A program made the position numbers and the translations under genes. From contig CBFIJD010000033.1 of assembly GCA_965662845.1 (NCBI GenBank), positions 12,511-22,636 on the forward strand: a DNA stretch of 10,126 nucleotides, read 5' to 3'. The notes beneath the pieces are model-generated. The model saw only the letters and a program-made list of their open reading frames with translations. It did not search any database and was not told the origin of the DNA. This DNA comes from an uncultured bacterium (GTDB taxonomy: Bacteria; SAR324; NAC60-12). Shown piece after piece: positions 7,921 through 10,126 of this stretch. The first letter of the stretch is position 1, and each line of letters starts with the position of its first letter.

Positions 7921-8074
7921 GGAGGGGGGAGCTTAGAGTTGAGAGATGGACGACGGGACGACGGGTGGGTCTTCTTTTATGCCGAGAAGAGCTAGTCGAT
8001 GGTGCCCCGCCGCAGGGGGCAAAAAATAAAGCGAAATTGAATATCAGCTTGGGCACCAAAACGCACGCAAAAAC

Positions 8075-8458
8075 TTAGCGCAGCGCCTTGGGTTCGGGGA
8101 TGATGGTGCGGACTGTGCGGTTGCGCGAGTAGATTTGGCGCGCGTAAGGGCTGTCTGGGCTTGGGTCGTATTGACTATCCAAATAGCTGCGCAGCTTAGA
8201 GTAGTTCAGGTTCGGCGTAGGCACACGCTTCGGAGGTGCCCGAAACTGAGTAGCCTCACGGCGTGTGCGCACCTCCGTCGCGTCTGGCAGGGGTGCGACA
8301 TAGTTGGGCACCGTCTGGCGCGCCTCGGTGTAAGCCCGTAAGCCGGCGTAATCCAAGGGGGGGAATTTTTTGCGTCGTTCTCCGGCCCCCCAAACTGTGG
8401 AGGCACAGCCGATGATGAGAGACAGGCAAATAGTGATCCAGCGTTGCGTTGCGGTCAT
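8075..8458 (-). CDS. Small hypothetical exported protein (127 aa) with an internal duplicated motif
   Basis: AAGGA lies upstream of the ATG at 8458. Signal-peptide-like N-terminus (MTATQRWITICLSLIIGCASTVWG) and two PxL[DN]YxxLRxY motifs. Confidence 0.7.
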   Translation of the reverse strand: MTATQRWITICLSLIIGCASTVWGAGERRKKFPPLDYAGLRAYTEARQTVPNYVAPLPDATEVRTRREATQFRAPPKRVPTPNLNYSKLRSYLDSQYDPSPDSPYARQIYSRNRTVRTIIPEPKALR

Positions 8459-8577
8459 GTTCAATCCTTGAGTTGGCGCAAATACGCGACAAGCAAGATT
8501 TGCGGAGGGCAAGGAATGCCCAGAGTTGGCTTGTATAGATTCTCAATTCCACGTATTCACAGTGTGTACCTAGTCAA

Positions 8578-8595
8578 GTGACAGCATTGTGACGA
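8578..8595 (-). promoter_or_regulatory. Pho-box-like (OmpR/PhoB family) direct repeat
   Basis: The minus strand reads TCGTCAC-AATG-CTGTCAC, two half-sites with 11-nt periodicity resembling CTGTCAT-N4-CTGTCAY. It lies in the divergent intergenic region. Confidence 0.45.
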
Positions 8596-8610
8596 TTGTC
8601 ATGAGACAAT
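8595..8610. promoter_or_regulatory. Inverted repeat ATTGTC-N4-GACAAT, candidate operator
   Basis: Perfect 6-bp arms with a 4-nt spacer, ending 42 nt upstream of the glgX ATG. Confidence 0.35.
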
Positions 8611-8652
8611 TGCAACCGAATCTTCACTTCCTCCGTTGCCCCGCACTTATTC

Positions 8653-10126
8653 ATGTCAACATTCCCCCTACTTGGACTTCACTGGCGGCAAGGACGCCTG
8701 ACGGCACGTTGGTTTGCCCATGACGCCCAGAAATTGTGCCTCAACCTTTATGAAGAGCACGCCCTCCGGTCCCGCTCACGAGCGCCGCTCTGGCGCAGCT
8801 ACGATTTGACCTTTGCCAAACACGTCGCTGGGGGCTGGTGGACTCTGGACGTGCCGTGGAACTATTCCCCCGAACTTCAGTTTGCCTATGCGCTCTATCT
8901 TGAACAGAGCCATCCAGAGGGGGGCCTTACACACCGCTGGCTCCTCGATCCCTACGCTCGCGCTGCTCTGGGCGGAGATGAATGGGGGCGGCTAGAGCGA
9001 TTCACGCTTAATGAGCAGTCTTGGTCAATTTACAAAACGACTCTAAGCGCCCTCCCGCCTAGCCCCCAACACCCGCCCCGTGCGTTGCGCAGGTTGGGAC
9101 TGCTGCGCCACCAGTCTGGGGGACCTCCTGTCTGGCAGCGTCCTCAGATTTCCAAAGAGGACGCCGTGGTCTACGAGTGCCACGTGCGCGGTATGACGCA
9201 GCACGCCTCCTCTGGGGTCCCTGACGCCGAGAGAGGCACCTTCCGTGGTTTGTGCTCTAAAATTCCTGAACTGAAGAAGCTGGGGGTCAACGTCGTGGAG
9301 TTACTCCCCATTTTTGATTTTGATGAGAACGAAAACCGGAACACGCATCCCGCGACAGGCGACCGACTCTACAATTACTGGGGCTACTCTCCCTTGCTCT
9401 GGTTCGCGCCTAAAGCTAGCTACGCCTCTGTGCCTGCGCGGGCGACCCAAGAATTTCAAGAGTTTGTGCAGGCTTGTCATGCCGAGGGTCTCGAAGTTTG
9501 GTTAGACGTCGTCTACAACCACACCGCCGAACTCGACGACACCGGCCCCATCGATCACTTCAAGGCGCTCTCCCCTCACGAGACCTATCTGCACACGCCA
9601 GATGGCCATCTCCGCAACGACTCCGGCTGCGGAAACACTCTGCGCTGCCGTCATCCCCTCACGCGAGAGTGGGTGATCGAGAGCCTGCGCTACTGGCATC
9701 ACGAGCTGGGCATAGATGGTTTCCGATTTGATCTCACCACGATTTTGAACCGTGACCCACAGTCTGGAGAGGTCGCTGATTTTCCGACCTTGCTGTGGGA
9801 GCTGCGCGAAGATCCGACCTTCGCTGCGGCGAAATGGATCGCAGAGCCTTGGGATGCTGCCGGAGGCTATCAGCTGGGGCACTATGCCTTTCATGCCGAT
9901 TGGCTGGAGTGGAACGACCGCTATCGCGACGAGATGCGGCGCGTCTTGTGCGGAATGCCCAACCAAGCGCAAGCCTTTCAGCGCTGCATTGAGGGGAGCC
10001 CTCACATCTACGGTGACCGAGCCGCCGGAGCTCAAAACAGCCTCAACTTTCTGACTGCTCACGACGGGTTCACGCTGATGGATTTGTTCAGCTATCGCGA
10101 GAAACACAACGCAGCCAACGGAGAAA
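8653..10126 (+). CDS. glgX: Glycogen debranching enzyme / isoamylase, GH13 (3' end outside window)
   Basis: Not in the ORF track because there is no stop in the window. Hand translation of frame 1 from the ATG at 8653 gives LLDPYARA, VVYECHVRGMT, LGVNVVELLPI, NYWGYSP, LDVVYNHTAE, SGCGNTL, GIDGFRFDL (nucleophile Asp), IAEPWD (acid/base Glu), EWNDRYRD and NFLTAHDGFTLMDLFSYREKHNAANGE. Confidence 0.93.
   Translation, partial: MSTFPLLGLHWRQGRLTARWFAHDAQKLCLNLYEEHALRSRSRAPLWRSYDLTFAKHVAGGWWTLDVPWNYSPELQFAYALYLEQSHPEGGLTHRWLLDPYARAALGGDEWGRLERFTLNEQSWSIYKTTLSALPPSPQHPPRALRRLGLLRHQSGGPPVWQRPQISKEDAVVYECHVRGMTQHASSGVPDAERGTFRGLCSKIPELKKLGVNVVELLPIFDFDENENRNTHPATGDRLYNYWGYSPLLWFAPKASYASVPARATQEFQEFVQACHAEGLEVWLDVVYNHTAELDDTGPIDHFKALSPHETYLHTPDGHLRNDSGCGNTLRCRHPLTREWVIESLRYWHHELGIDGFRFDLTTILNRDPQSGEVADFPTLLWELREDPTFAAAKWIAEPWDAAGGYQLGHYAFHADWLEWNDRYRDEMRRVLCGMPNQAQAFQRCIEGSPHIYGDRAAGAQNSLNFLTAHDGFTLMDLFSYREKHNAANGE

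Noticed and set aside
7948..7965. GGACGACG tandem duplication
   Set aside because: Only two 8-nt copies with no spacers, so it is not CRISPR-like and is compatible with chance.
8004..8030. GC hairpin with adjacent A-tract as an intrinsic terminator
   Set aside because: The tract is on the wrong side: no U-run follows the hairpin on either strand.
8701..8718. Sigma54-like GGCACG...TTGC
   Set aside because: GG-to-GC spacing is 11 nt instead of the required 10, and it lies inside the glgX coding region.
22..10054. Numerous short overlapping ORFs in the track (e.g. 22..231, 113..316, 2255..2740, 4550..4987, 5597..5968, 8813..8995, 9752..10054)
   Set aside because: They are alternative-frame or antisense shadows of well-supported genes, with no independent motifs.
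9502..10107. 201-aa minus-strand ORF
   Set aside because: Antisense shadow of glgX with no recognisable motifs.

Overview
Bacterial chromosomal window of mostly housekeeping genes. No mobile element, CRISPR array or RNA gene was recognised. A co-directional minus-strand run reads, in transcription order: small exported repeat protein, frameshift-split hypothetical protein, TPR+SLH lipoprotein, NtrC-type sigma54 response regulator, hisE, degenerate Old Yellow Enzyme-family protein, ridA, hom, mreC, mreD (truncated at the left edge). A divergent plus-strand glgX-type glycogen debranching enzyme runs off the right edge. glgX and mreD are absent from the ORF track and were translated by hand. The most notable observations are an OYE-fold protein lacking its catalytic His/His(Asn)/Tyr residues and coupled to ridA, a lipoprotein combining TPR and SLH domains, a 1-nt frameshift splitting a ~326-aa charge-polarised protein, mreCD without an adjacent mreB, and a Pho-box-like direct repeat in the divergent promoter region. 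These are leads. The sequence alone does not establish a new system.
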